From: Selaginella moellendorffii
Taxonomy: Eukaryota; Plantae; Lycopodiophyta
NCBI RefSeq assembly: GCF_000143415.4
Contig: NW_003314307.1
Span: forward strand, 1-64,000
Length of the DNA stretch: 64,000 nt
Direction of reading: 5' to 3'
Position numbers and translations under genes: made by a program
The notes under the pieces: model-generated
The model's input: the letters and a program-made list of their open reading frames with translations, nothing else
Told to the model about the DNA's origin: nothing
Database searches by the model: none
In this document: piece by piece, positions 1-11,537 of the stretch
Layout of the letters: every line of letters starts with the position of its first letter
Numbering within the stretch: the stretch's first letter is position 1

Positions 1-219
1 TGCTATAGTATATTTCAGCACATTGAAAAATTTAGGTGCCCCCTCTGCCACTCACTTAAGAATCCAAGTTTTTCATTAGCACTTGAGTTCACAAAGTTGC
101 ACAAAGATCCTCATATGTTCCAACAACCAGGGGAGTCATTCTTGTCTTGTTGCATCCTATCTTGCAATTGAGAAGAGCATCTGCCCACAAGAATCACAGT
201 GTTGAGTTTCATACCACTG

Positions 220-1570
220 TCAGAAACTGTGTGCTATATTACTGTGATGTTGTAGCTGCAATTGATGCCTTTAAAATCTCTCATGGGTAGTCCTGCCAAA
301 AAAAAATTTTAAAAGTAAAAAAGAAAATGGACTTTCTATTCTAGCAATCTCCTCACAAACTGCCAATCAACTTCAATCCTTGAGCTCATAGAGCTTCATG
401 ATCAGTGGAATTTTAGTTTGTGTAGATATCAAATATTTCTTTCTCCATCTTTTATAAGATATAATGATTCATAATATAAAAGTTTCTACTCCGCCCAGCT
501 GAGCTGGGTCCCAGCTAGCGTTTGAGTTAAAAATGACATTGAAAGAAAAGAGGTACCCATACAAAGATACACTATTTCATGGTTTCTGGTATTTCCTGAG
601 CTTGCCACGTGGTAACCTTACAACTTAGCATCGTAGCATCCGCCAGAACTAAATTGCTCAAGTGTATGAAAAAAAGAGCAATTACAAAGGTAACAATGGA
701 AGATAAACAGTGCTGCTTCTGTTCGTGAGGTAAGCTTCACACCGGGAAGATAGCTAGCCAGTGGGAAGTATGCTGCTGCCCGGAGCAGGGTGCTGCAACA
801 TACCACATGCCAGGTAAAGGAACACCATGAGAGGGAAAACTTTACTATATGGTTTTCTGTGAGAGAGTCAGGAAGCATATGATTTTGGAACAAACTGTGG
901 CAGCGAGAAAAGGCCGAGCTAGACATTTGATCTCTCTTCTCAGTCACTCACTCGTTACTGTTATCTTCTATTTGCTCCATCAAGAATGAGTTCCATGGTC
1001 TAGCCTTGTAACTGTTCCTTTTGTCATGTATTTTATTTTTTAAAACTAACCTTACACATGATATCATCAGATTGGCCATATAGAGTTCCGGACAATGGCG
1101 TCTCGAGCTTATAACGACAGATCCAAGACAACAACCATGGGTTTTTTGTGCTTAAGTGTTAAAATTTACTCCTTTCGAATTCGTTTGTCGAGCAAAACTT
1201 CCAGGCTAACTATCTACGTCAAGGTTAGCAAGTAAAAGAGCTGAGAATCGAGGGAATGGGATTCAGCTCCATCCAAATACCGGTCTAGGTTATTCGGAAT
1301 TTTCCTTCCATTTTCTTCAAAGCATTCCAACGACACTTTCTGTTATGTGTTCTCTATTCTGGAGTGGTGAGCCCTGATGACAAAGCTGTGTAAACCCAGA
1401 ATCTCACGTGGACTTTGTCTTGCCTGGGTGGATCACTCCTTCCCTGGGCTCCACCTCAAAAGTTACATTGTCCAAAGCCGAAATTTGCACATGAGCGTGG
1501 GAGGGATTCCGCAGGTTTGCCCAAGGCCACAAAGGTACTTCTCGTAAGACCTGGTCATGCAAGTATCCAC
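220..1570. repeat. Left arm of a diverged inverted duplication (partner ~8500-9633)
   Basis: Blocks ~220-300, ~750-1070 and ~1397-1570 match 9553-9633, 8843-9201 and ~8505-8717 as reverse complements. Block ~405-745 matches 9204-9537 in direct orientation. Confidence 0.8.
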
Positions 1571-1779
1571 AAGCGACTTCAGAGATGGCTGGGCCATAAG
1601 CCACAAAAACCTGTCCCTGAAAATTTAAAGGCAAACAAAAGCTCGATAAACTTAGAGCTGATGGTTCAAGCTCTTGGGAACGACGATCAAAGAGAAAAGT
1701 CATAAAAAGAAATACGAGCCTCTTCCCACACTCTTTTTAACCGCTTAACAATAGAGGCATCGACTTTCAACTGAATAGG

Positions 1780-1793
1780 TTTAGGGTTTAGGG
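1780..1793 (+). promoter_or_regulatory. Telo-box-like (TTTAGGG)x2 just upstream of the KAP start codon
   Basis: tttagggtttaggg lies 20 nt before ATG 1813. Telo-boxes are known plant promoter/5'UTR elements. Confidence 0.4.
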
Positions 1794-1812
1794 GTACCTG
1801 ATTTCTATTACA

Positions 1813-4466
1813 ATGGCTTCCGAAAGACAAGGAGGCTGGGTGATGATACGGCAAAACGCAACAGAACAGGAGTTGGAACAGTTGGAGACTTGCCTTGGAA
1901 ATCTTTATGAGGACTTAGACTCCAAGGTGGTAGTTCCACTTTCTGTTTCCTGATTTAAGATCTTCTTTACAGATCTACGCTACAAGTGTCATTTTGAAGC
2001 TGGCACAAAAAATAGAATGCCTGGCTGCGCTTGCAACGCACAGAAGTGCATTGGTTGCTTTCGATTATTGTCCAGGGGTTATCTCCACTAAATTTTGCTC
2101 TCACAGTGCGCCCTCTCAAGAATACTTCGTGAAGATGGGCAAAAGAGCTTTATGCTTAGGATAAATATAATATCAGTATTCTTCATCTTCTCATTTTTTA
2201 AAAATTTCCACCAGGTAAGTTGTTTTAACAGGCGGGTCCACGTTTAACATGAATTAAACTAAACAGATTCTTGTGGCACAGAATGTTGGCAGAGCTACTC
2301 TGCAGGCATTATCTTCAGAAATCCAAATTATATTATCTCAGGTTTTCTTCATATTCATAAAATTATTTCAATGAGTTTTCTTTTTTCCTTTTCTTTTTTT
2401 TTTCCAGCTTATTCCAGACACGAAGGATAAAATTCGTAGACTCGACCAGGTTAATGAACATGGCATTCTTTTTTAAAAAAACCATTAGTATTGATCGATG
2501 CAGGAGAGGTTGTTGTACATGTCCCTCAGATTACTTTTAAATCTTGCACATAATATACATATTGAAGAGAAAATGAAGAAGTTTTTTCTTGTGGTAAAAT
2601 GCTTGCTTTGCCAGTAGTTTAACCATATCACTTCTTAGGAAATTCTTTGTAAAGTATTAGAATCTAGCAACACCTACCTACTCCTAACGTAAGTTCCAGA
2701 ATATTTTAAGCATCCCATCCATCAACATTTACAGAGCAATTATATTTCTGAGAAAGCTTAGCATTTTTAAGGAGAATAAGGATATTATGAGAAAAATTGG
2801 AGTAATTCCAATTGTTTCACACTTGTTACCTAGTGGAAATGAGGTCAGATTTTTCTTTACCTCTTGCGGCTTTAATTTGTTTTCACAGTTATTGGTACAT
2901 CCTGTACTTGGACTCCTGCGCAACCTATCCTTTGATCCACTTTTACGATCACAAATGGTGCTTTGTAAAGTGACAACTAAGATTGACAGTGCTTGTATTT
3001 TCCAGATAAAATGCAACCTAATACAAACAGTAGGAGCTCTTATCAATCAGCTTAAGTTTGAGCACGCAGTAAGTAATCGGCAATGGTATTTCCCATATGT
3101 TGATATGTTGCTTTCCCTTTTTGCTATTTAAGGGTTGCAGCTTTTTATATTGTATATCAATGGATGTAAGCCTCCGGTCCGCATTTGCAGAAACTGTAGT
3201 GGTGCCAAATCTTCTGAAGGTTATTTTCTAGAGCATAAAATCAGTATCAAATCAGATTGTGTATTAATAGATAATTCTGTCGGAGCCAATGCGTGATGTT
3301 CCTGAGGAAGTAATGGCTTTGTTTGTAAATTTGACTACTGTCGTCCCAAATGCAGAGGTATTTGAGTTCCAAAATGTGCACACCAATTGAGAGACAGTTT
3401 TAGGGCCTATGCAAGCCATTTGTTGTAGAAAAGCTTCTGAAACGTGCCACAACATTTTGCAGTTCATTGTTGTTTAAGGTCTATAAGCTGTTTTTCCAGT
3501 AATTTCTATATTATATTTGTACCTTTCAGGTCATTCGAAATGTCAGTCTTTTGGAAGAGTCAAAGTCATTCCTTTTATGGTAATGCATTTTTTAGCACTC
3601 CCATCTGAGGTTTGGTGCTTGCAGTTTTGTCCCAGACCTGGTAAAGTTCTTTGTTCAAGGGCAGCCCTCAATACAGGTTAGATTATATATGACGGGAGCG
3701 ATTATATCAACCGTTTCATAGGTGGAAGTATTAGGAGCATTAAATAATATGGTTTGGTTCGAAGAGACGACTGATGAATTAGTCCAAAGGGATTTGCTGC
3801 TAGCATTTGCACGAAACATACAATCTACAAATAACGAAATTCTACAAGAAGTATTTTTTTTTTTCTAAAAGTATTGTTTCCATCAATACAATTGCTGCTG
3901 TGACAGATATGTATGTTCTTAGGTGCAGTTTCCTCCAATCGAACCGCACATATGATTTCAGAAGCCGGACTAGTAGGCCAAGGAAAACTTTGATACCTTT
4001 ACCAAATACATAACATGTGCAGGCTGTTAAAATGTGTTCTGTGTTCTTGGAAAAGGCGAAGGGTGACTGCTTGATCAATCAGGTTACAAACACAATATTC
4101 TTTTGACTGCAACTCCAGTATATGGTTGTGCAGTTCTTATTCATGTTAAGCCGTTTTCTTTTGTTTGAACCCACGCGAAAGGATATCTTGACTGTAAGTG
4201 ACAGGGTAAGATTACATTTTAATTCTTGGAGAATTTGCAATACTCTTATACAGATTGCAGGCTATGTTTTTAGTCTCACAAGGGTATGTCAAAGTTACAA
4301 GAGCTAAATGTATCTTATGAAACTAAGTTCTCAGGATTCAAACATAGCAGTGGCCAAATTTGCAGATACGTTGTTTAACATTCTCATGGAGGTAGACCAT
4401 GACAACTATATGCATTTGAAGTACATGAGGTTCAAAGCTTTCAATAATATTGAGTACTTAGATTAA
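1813..4466 (+). CDS. KAP3: Kinesin-associated protein 3 (KAP/KIFAP3/FLA3), ARM-repeat subunit of heterotrimeric kinesin-II; multi-exon, introns about 45-55 nt
   Basis: Spliced exons read LYEDLDSK/IYATSVILKLAQ, CALSRILREDGQKSFMLRINIISVFFIFSFFKNFHQ, ERLLYMSLRLLLNLAHN, FLRKLSIFKENKDIMRK, LLRNLSFDPLLRSQMV and finally MRFKAFNNIEYLD*. These are collinear with recalled KAP3 motifs (LYED, ALARVLRED, LLLNLA, FLKKLSIFMENK, LLNLSFD). First intron 1927-1972; some internal boundaries are approximate. Confidence 0.88.
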
Positions 4467-4755
4467 AGTACTCGATTTTACCATGACATCAACATTGCCA
4501 TTTTCCACAATGCAAGGAAAAGTTTCTCTTAGTCAAGGAAACCACAGCACATGGTTTGCCACCCTTAACCCCTACCCTTGCAAAAGAAAACTCTGCAAAA
4601 ACCGGGAGGCTCGGGAATCTGTTCCTCTGCATTGCGGCTCTAAGGAAACTACTCCAGCTAAACAGTAGTGATTGGATCCAGTGCACGAGCTCAAAGTTTG
4701 GTGGCGGAGTCTTGTGCAGGTTGTTCTTAAAATATTTGTTGTATCATCTCCACCT

Positions 4756-5019
4756 NNNNNNNNNNNNNNNNNNNNNNNNNNNNNNNNNNNNNNNNNNNNN
4801 NNNNNNNNNNNNNNNNNNNNNNNNNNNNNNNNNNNNNNNNNNNNNNNNNNNNNNNNNNNNNNNNNNNNNNNNNNNNNNNNNNNNNNNNNNNNNNNNNNNN
4901 NNNNNNNNNNNNNNNNNNNNNNNNNNNNNNNNNNNNNNNNNNNNNNNNNNNNNNNNNNNNNNNNNNNNNNNNNNNNNNNNNNNNNNNNNNNNNNNNNNNN
5001 NNNNNNNNNNNNNNNNNNN
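4756..5019. other. Assembly gap (N)
   Basis: Run of N. Confidence 1.
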
Positions 5020-5225
5020 CTCTGCCGTACTTTGATTCACCACTCTGGTTTGCTGCCCTTCAGCCCAAATGGACAGCTAAAACACATGCATCCACAGAGC
5101 ACGAATTGGTTTTTATCTCACAGTCAAGCCTCGTAAAAAATTTCTTTGGGTATTTGTTGTTGCTAGTACATTTCAAATATTCACATCAAAAGTTTCATGC
5201 AACTTCTTTCCTAAAGTGTAAATTT

Positions 5226-8071
5226 TATAGCTTCAACTCCTGTGCAAGAACAGAAACTGAAGAGCATAATCTGCAAAGACTATGCATACCTTTCGCTTCA
5301 CAGTAGTTATTCGAGCAAATTAAAGCAAACTGGTGCTGCAGTAGTTAAAAGCAGAAAGGACTGGGTTGACTTCGTTTTTTATGGACGTGGTCTGAGAACT
5401 GTGAGCGAGTGGTGCCATCTAATTTTCCAGAAGTTTTCTCCTAAATATAAATTAAATAAAAAAACGCGACTTTCATGTCAATCTACCTGTTTGGATTCTG
5501 GACGATAGTTTTCCAATTCATTTAGCTGTGCAATCCTCCTGCAAAGTTCGGCTCTCATTTTTGCTTCTGTTTGTCTCCATTCTTTCTCTCGTTTACCGAT
5601 CTCTTCTGCATCAAGAATCAATTTAGAGCAAAATAAACCACACCAGAGACCTTCGATTGACAACAATTCGCTGTCAACTCCTGCTACGGTCCTGTTTTGC
5701 TCTGGAGATTTGAAACGATTCTCAGTATTACTTGTTGCATTGGTCAGCGTATTTATTATGTCCTGTAAGGAAGCAATGAACTCATCTTTTTATTCTACCC
5801 TTTTCAGGCAAACCTTTTCGTCTTGAACAGCAATTTCAATTATATCTTGATTCATGGAATACTGTGGTTTAATGTTTTGAGGGCTGCAAGAATTTTGTTA
5901 ATGAAACAGTAAAAAAAAAATCTTTACTTGCCTTTTTGCTGCAACAAGTGCATCCAGATTAGCTAAGCTTAGGTCTAGTTGGTTCTTTTCCTGTTTCAGA
6001 GCGGCATATTCTTGTTTGAGCATTTCATAGTCTTCAATAAGCCTAGAAAAGAAGAAATTATAACAGCGCAGAAGGAAAATTCATTTCACTTTTGATTCTC
6101 TTCGTGCTGTAGCTGGAATTTCCTTGACTGTGAGTTTAATGCGGCATCCTTTGCGTGTAAAGCTCTTTGGATTTCATGAATCTGTCTTCTTTGGTTTTGC
6201 AGAATTGCTTCCTGGACCTTCAAATCCTCCTGCAATATACACCTTATAAAACGATACTTGGTTCAACCGTTGCACCTTTAGCTGTTGATCTTCTGCAGGA
6301 GCCGATCCTAAAGTCTCAACCTCCTTCTTCAGTTCGTTCAAGTTCTGATAAGTTGATACTTAAAATGGCGCATATAGTTCACCTCTAAGCCTCACCTTTT
6401 GAGTTTGAAGTTTTTCTGCTTGAAGTTTCTCGTTAAAATTTTCAAGCGAATTATATGCTTCCGTTTGTCTGTTTCTTCATTAAGAGGAAGCACAAAAGAG
6501 ACTTATTTACTACCTCATAAGCGATGTCTGTAGCTGTTGTTCAGTAACCTGTAGCTGTCCAATCATACACTCTCTCTTCCACACCAATGTTTTCAGCTCA
6601 CTACATAGTTTCTTTTGCGACTCAAGTTCCACTTCCTTATTTTGAAGAGAAGACTCCAGACTTTGCACTTGTGCTATGAGTGCATCCATCTGAAGAATTC
6701 CTTAGATAGATTATGAGTTGTTAAAACCTGCGTACTTTATTCAGCATATGTGGTGGTGGTAATGCGTTGTTGTCTTTTGCTTGCAATTCCTGCTTCATGC
6801 TCCCGATAATTTCTTCTTGTCGATGTAACTCTTGTATTTGGCTGGCACTTCTAGCGCGAAGTAGTGTAATTTCAGTATCCTTTTCTTCTAGCTCTATATT
6901 CTGCATAGATGATCATTTCACGGACACTAAAAGATCACAGATTTTTCTCACATTTTTCTCTTGCGTCTTTTGCAGAAGAACCTGTTTCTCCTCATCAAAT
7001 AATTTATCATGCCTGTATTGTCATGAAAAAAAATACTTATGTTAGCACATGACATTTTCTGCTGTTTAAAATGCATGCTACATTTATTCAAGCAAGTAGC
7101 ATAAGGCTTAACTGGCAGACATACGAGTCTGAGTGACTGAGCTTAAACTTGAACACAGAGTAACACTGTTGATCCAGAGTTGATGGTTTCATGGCAAGAG
7201 AATATGACATGTTAGCAAGCTGGTACCATGGCCTCCTTTACAGGATTGCCTGCAATGAAGGTCCTTATGTTTAGGTTTTGTCTTCTAATAAAAGAAAACT
7301 GGCAGCAAGAGCAATAAGGTATAAAACGATATTATGCACAAAATCTAGCAAAATCAACAACAATGTATGTGCCTTTCTTAGAGTTTAGTAGTCTCACCGT
7401 TCGAGGTCATTTTTTTTGTTTTGTAACGCCTGATGGAGCTGCCAAATGACTTGGTCCTTGGTCTTAATTGCCACCTCCAACCTCTTAAACGCATCAGTTG
7501 ATCGGCAAATAAGCTTGTTATGCTGTTGCTGGATCTCTACAAGCTGTAACTCCTTCTCACTCAATTCCGCCCTCAAAGTCAACAGCTGATTTCCATATCC
7601 CTTTTGCTGTTCCCTAACTGAACGATCAATGCACGGATCGAAATAATTCCAACCTGTTCCTCTGGAATGACTGTTTCTTACGCCTTCCCTAGTAGCGTAC
7701 TTCAACCCTTTCTCTTCCAAGGAGTGCTCCTGTTGGTGTTGAGCAAGTTCTGCCCAATATTTGGTGTTGCTGCTGCTACTACACGTCAAAGGTCCCTTCT
7801 GCAAGGTACTGAGCCCATTCCTTTCAAACAAAGCAGAAGGCATCTCACTACCTTCCTTCGCTTTTGAGACTGGATTGAAGCGACTTTCAGAACCGCTGAA
7901 GAATCCATGGTTGAAGGATCCAGATCTTCTGCAAACCGGCCCAAACCTGTCTCGTCCTCCAGACTTACGCAATCCCGTCTTGGCTATGCACAGATCCTTT
8001 GAAGAGTAGCGCAATGAGGGTTCCTTGCAATATTTCTTGGAGATCGGAGTAAACATGAGAGACAGCAGCAC
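5226..8071 (-). CDS. Multi-exon coiled-coil protein of unknown family (both ends approximate)
   Basis: ORFs 7394-8071, 6721-6906 and 5478-5666 and the intervening exons are E/K/Q/L-rich heptad sequence separated by ~50-nt GT-AG introns. One probable GC-AG intron (AG|GCAAGT) near 5884-5931. Confidence 0.65.
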
Positions 8072-8499
8072 GATTGCTGCTATAAAATCTATTGAACTGC
8101 TGCACGCACATAGCTTACCAACACCCGCGAGAACCCTAAATCCATTAAACCGTTGCCGGCGGTGTTTATAAAACTAAGGCCTTCACGGGGGGCGCCGAAG
8201 TTCGATTAAAAAGGTAGCACGATGCTTGTAAAAATGAGAAGTGCTGCTGAAAAATTTCTTCAATCATGCCCCGCATTCATATATATTTCTATATGAGCTC
8301 GATTCAAATTTGATCAGGTGCCTCACACATTATTCTTGGATAGTAGGAGTTGGACTCGTGGAACAGTATCTATTCTCTACATAATGTTACAGTGAATAAG
8401 AAAAAGACTCTGGAAGTGGCTAAGGTAGATTTTCATATGGGTTCCCCTCAGAGAAACATTTGTTGTGGTATTCGAGGCCTGCTGCAGCTCTTGATTGCC

Positions 8500-9633
8500 G
8501 ACGAGCTTGCATGGCCAGCTCTTATTAGAAGTATCCTTTTGGCCTTGGACAACCCACTGACGAGTTTGAGCCAATCATGCTTTGCTTTATGGCTTAAAAA
8601 GAGGGTGAATCCGTTGCTGATGCACATTGTTTTTACCTGCAAGTCCCTCCGACGGTCACGTGGAAGTTTCGGGTTGAGGGGAGTGATCCACCTAGGGAAC
8701 AAAGTCCCGTGAGATTCACCTACTACCTCAAGATTGATTCCTNNNNNNNNNNNNNNNNNNNNNNNNNNNNNNNNNNNNNNNNNNNNNNNNNNNNNNNNNN
8801 NNNNNNNNNNNNNNNNNNNNNNNNNNNNNNNNNNNNNNNNNNTGATGATATGCTAAAACATCTATGTGTAAGGTTAGTTTTAAAAATAAAATACATGACG
8901 AAAGAAACAGATAGACCCTGGAACTGCACTCTCAATGAAGAGCGAATAGAAGATACAGTAAAGAGTGAGTGAGTGAGAAGAGAGATCAAATGTCTAACTC
9001 ACATGTTGGCCTTTCTCTCGCTGCGAGATGTAGGAAATTCTCTTGTTAAACCACAAAAAACATATGCTTCCTGATTCTCGCACAGAAAACCATCGAGTAA
9101 AGTTTTCCCTTGTCAAATTTTGTATGCTGTTCCTTTACTTGGCATGTGGCATGTTGCAGCACCCTGCTCTTGGCAGCAGCATACTTCGCTCGCTCGCTAG
9201 CTTCCAGTGGTGTGTAGATGCCAAATATTTCTTTCTCCATCTTTCTAAGATATTAAGCTTCATAATAAAGAAGTTTCTACTCCGCCCAGCAGAGATTTGG
9301 TCCCAGCTGGTGTTTGAGTTAAAAAGAACATTGAAAGAAACGAGATACCCATAGAGACGTATCAATGATAAAGTATTTCATGGTTTATCGCTGGAGCTTG
9401 CCACGTTGTCACCTTACAACTTAGCATCGTATCATCCGCTTGAACTTAAACGAAAAAGAGCCACGACAACGGTATACACATGGAACATAAAAAATGCCGC
9501 TTCCAATAAATCTGTTAACGAGATAAGTTCAAACCGGCTTGGTGACAATATTTGTTGGCAGGACTATCCACGAGAGATTTAAAGGCATCAGTTGAAGCTT
9601 GGTTACTGCAAGCTACAACGCCACAGTTTCTGA
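8500..9633. repeat. Right arm of the inverted duplication (contains gap 8743-8842)
   Basis: See the left arm, 220-1570. Confidence 0.8.
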
Positions 9634-11323
9634 CCATGTTAATGGCCATACGAGCTTACGTAGATTTCTCGGTTACCTCGGCAGAAGACAAGGCACATAC
9701 TAAATCAAAATATAAAAGATAAATATAGAATTTGAATAAAGAAATAACCCTATTATATACACTCGTTTCATTGTGCAACAAAGAACAGAGAATAGTTTTA
9801 TAAAACATGCATTCACTAACCTTGTGTTCCCAAATTCCTTTTAAGCAACTCCCAAGACATCACCAAGTACAACTTTGTGCACTGACATACGAGTCTGGGA
9901 GCCACAGGATGTCTGCGAGTCTGGCAGCAACAGCAGAGTCACTCTTTTAATAAATGCTTGATTCTTGTAATGACGTTCCTCAGAAAGACATGAGTGACTG
10001 ACTACCTTTACAACTAGCTTACAAGTGAACCAAGGCCAGCAAAAGAAGATGAGATGGTGTTTATCTCAACCTGCAGCATCTCTTATATAGGCCTCACGTG
10101 ATCAATGAGCATGATAAACTGCACTCCAAGGTTAACAGTTTTCACGGGAAGAAAGAACAGAAACTGGTGCACGAACAAAACCTACACCTGGATTTACAGG
10201 ATTTACAGAGACTTGTACAACATAGTTAATGTTTGTCAGTGGCTAAAAAAGCCCTTGAAAGATCATCCTATTGGAAACAGAAAAGGAGCATGATAAATGT
10301 TACATCAAGCACTCTCTCTATATACTCTAGCTTTCCATGGTGTCTCATGGTGCTCCAGTTGTCCCATCCTATGGCGTTCTCCCCAAACTCCCCCTCAGCC
10401 AAAACAGCCATAATGTAGGACACTCGCCCACACTAGAAAATCTAAGAAAAACTTGGTCATAAAACTAATGCGAACTAGTTTTTGCTTGTGGTGGTCACTG
10501 CTAGGGATACTGGACTTGAGGTCCCAAAGGCTCATCATCTTCATCGTAAGCCTTCTCAAAGTGGCATATTCATACATAATAATTTTTTATATTGATTTTT
10601 TATGTAATATTTTTTTAAAGAGCTTTAGTCACTATCAAAGTGATTTTAGATCAAAATTTTGGAATATATTGCTCAAATAATCAATAAATCAGAAAATATA
10701 TTTTCTACTTTAATTTTTGAACTTATGAACTTATTCAGATATATAATAACCTGATTAAAATGTATTCAGCTTATTTTTAAATTTATTTCTAATTTAAAAT
10801 ATAATATATCAATAGTGCCACCTAATAAATATTTTTAATTAAATATAATTCAATTTATGAATTATTTACGTTCTATTTTATTTATACTATAAATCATGAA
10901 CAGGTTAAAGAATTTTCCTTACCCTAGGTAAAATCCCTTCAGCCAAAGCATGGATTCATGTTAGGTGCTAGCTTTGACCATGTAGTCAATGTGCAAGGGT
11001 ATATTAAGGCATGGACTTAGGGTAAAGAATTTAACCTTAAGGGCTCACAATGGAGTAGCAATGTAGTGGATCTTTTGAGATAGATTAGGGGTGGTTGGAT
11101 GGTGAGGAACTTTAAGAGGAGGCATAGTATAATTTAGGCCTCTTTGTCTTGTTATTTAGCCCCAGGTCATAACATTAGTATCAAATGGAGGTTAATTGTG
11201 ATGGCTGACCAAGATGAATGTTGGAATCCTAATGTAAATGGTAGTGCCAATAAAGTTGCAAAAGTTTAAACTATCCATGATATTGTTCATGAGTTTCAAG
11301 TCCTCAATAAAAACCAACAATAG

Positions 11324-11537
11324 ATGCATAACATGATAGCTATCATGCATGGGGTTGTTGAGGCATTTGAGGTTGGCAGTGGTGACTTTTTGGGTGGATT
11401 GACTCAAGATTCTACTTTTTGGGGTGATGTTGGCATGGATGACTATCTGGCTTGGCTAGCCAATATGAAGAAGATCTTGAATGCTAAAGGAACTCTAGAT
11501 GCAAAGGCTTTAGTTGTTATTCTAATAGTTTTGCGTG
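11324..11537 (+). pseudogene. Possible decayed retrotransposon gag N-terminal fragment
   Basis: STFWGDVGMDDYLAWLANMKK resembles the gag F-x-G...D...W-L motif; cut off by the LTR at 11538. Confidence 0.3.

Noticed and set aside
4556-5136. ORFs spanning N gaps (also 8709-8989 and 29275-29517)
   Set aside because: Open only because of the Ns
5790-5792. In-frame TAA suggesting the coiled-coil gene is a pseudogene
   Set aside because: It lies inside a plausible 51-nt GT-AG intron (gtttgcc...ccttacag on the minus strand) of typical host size
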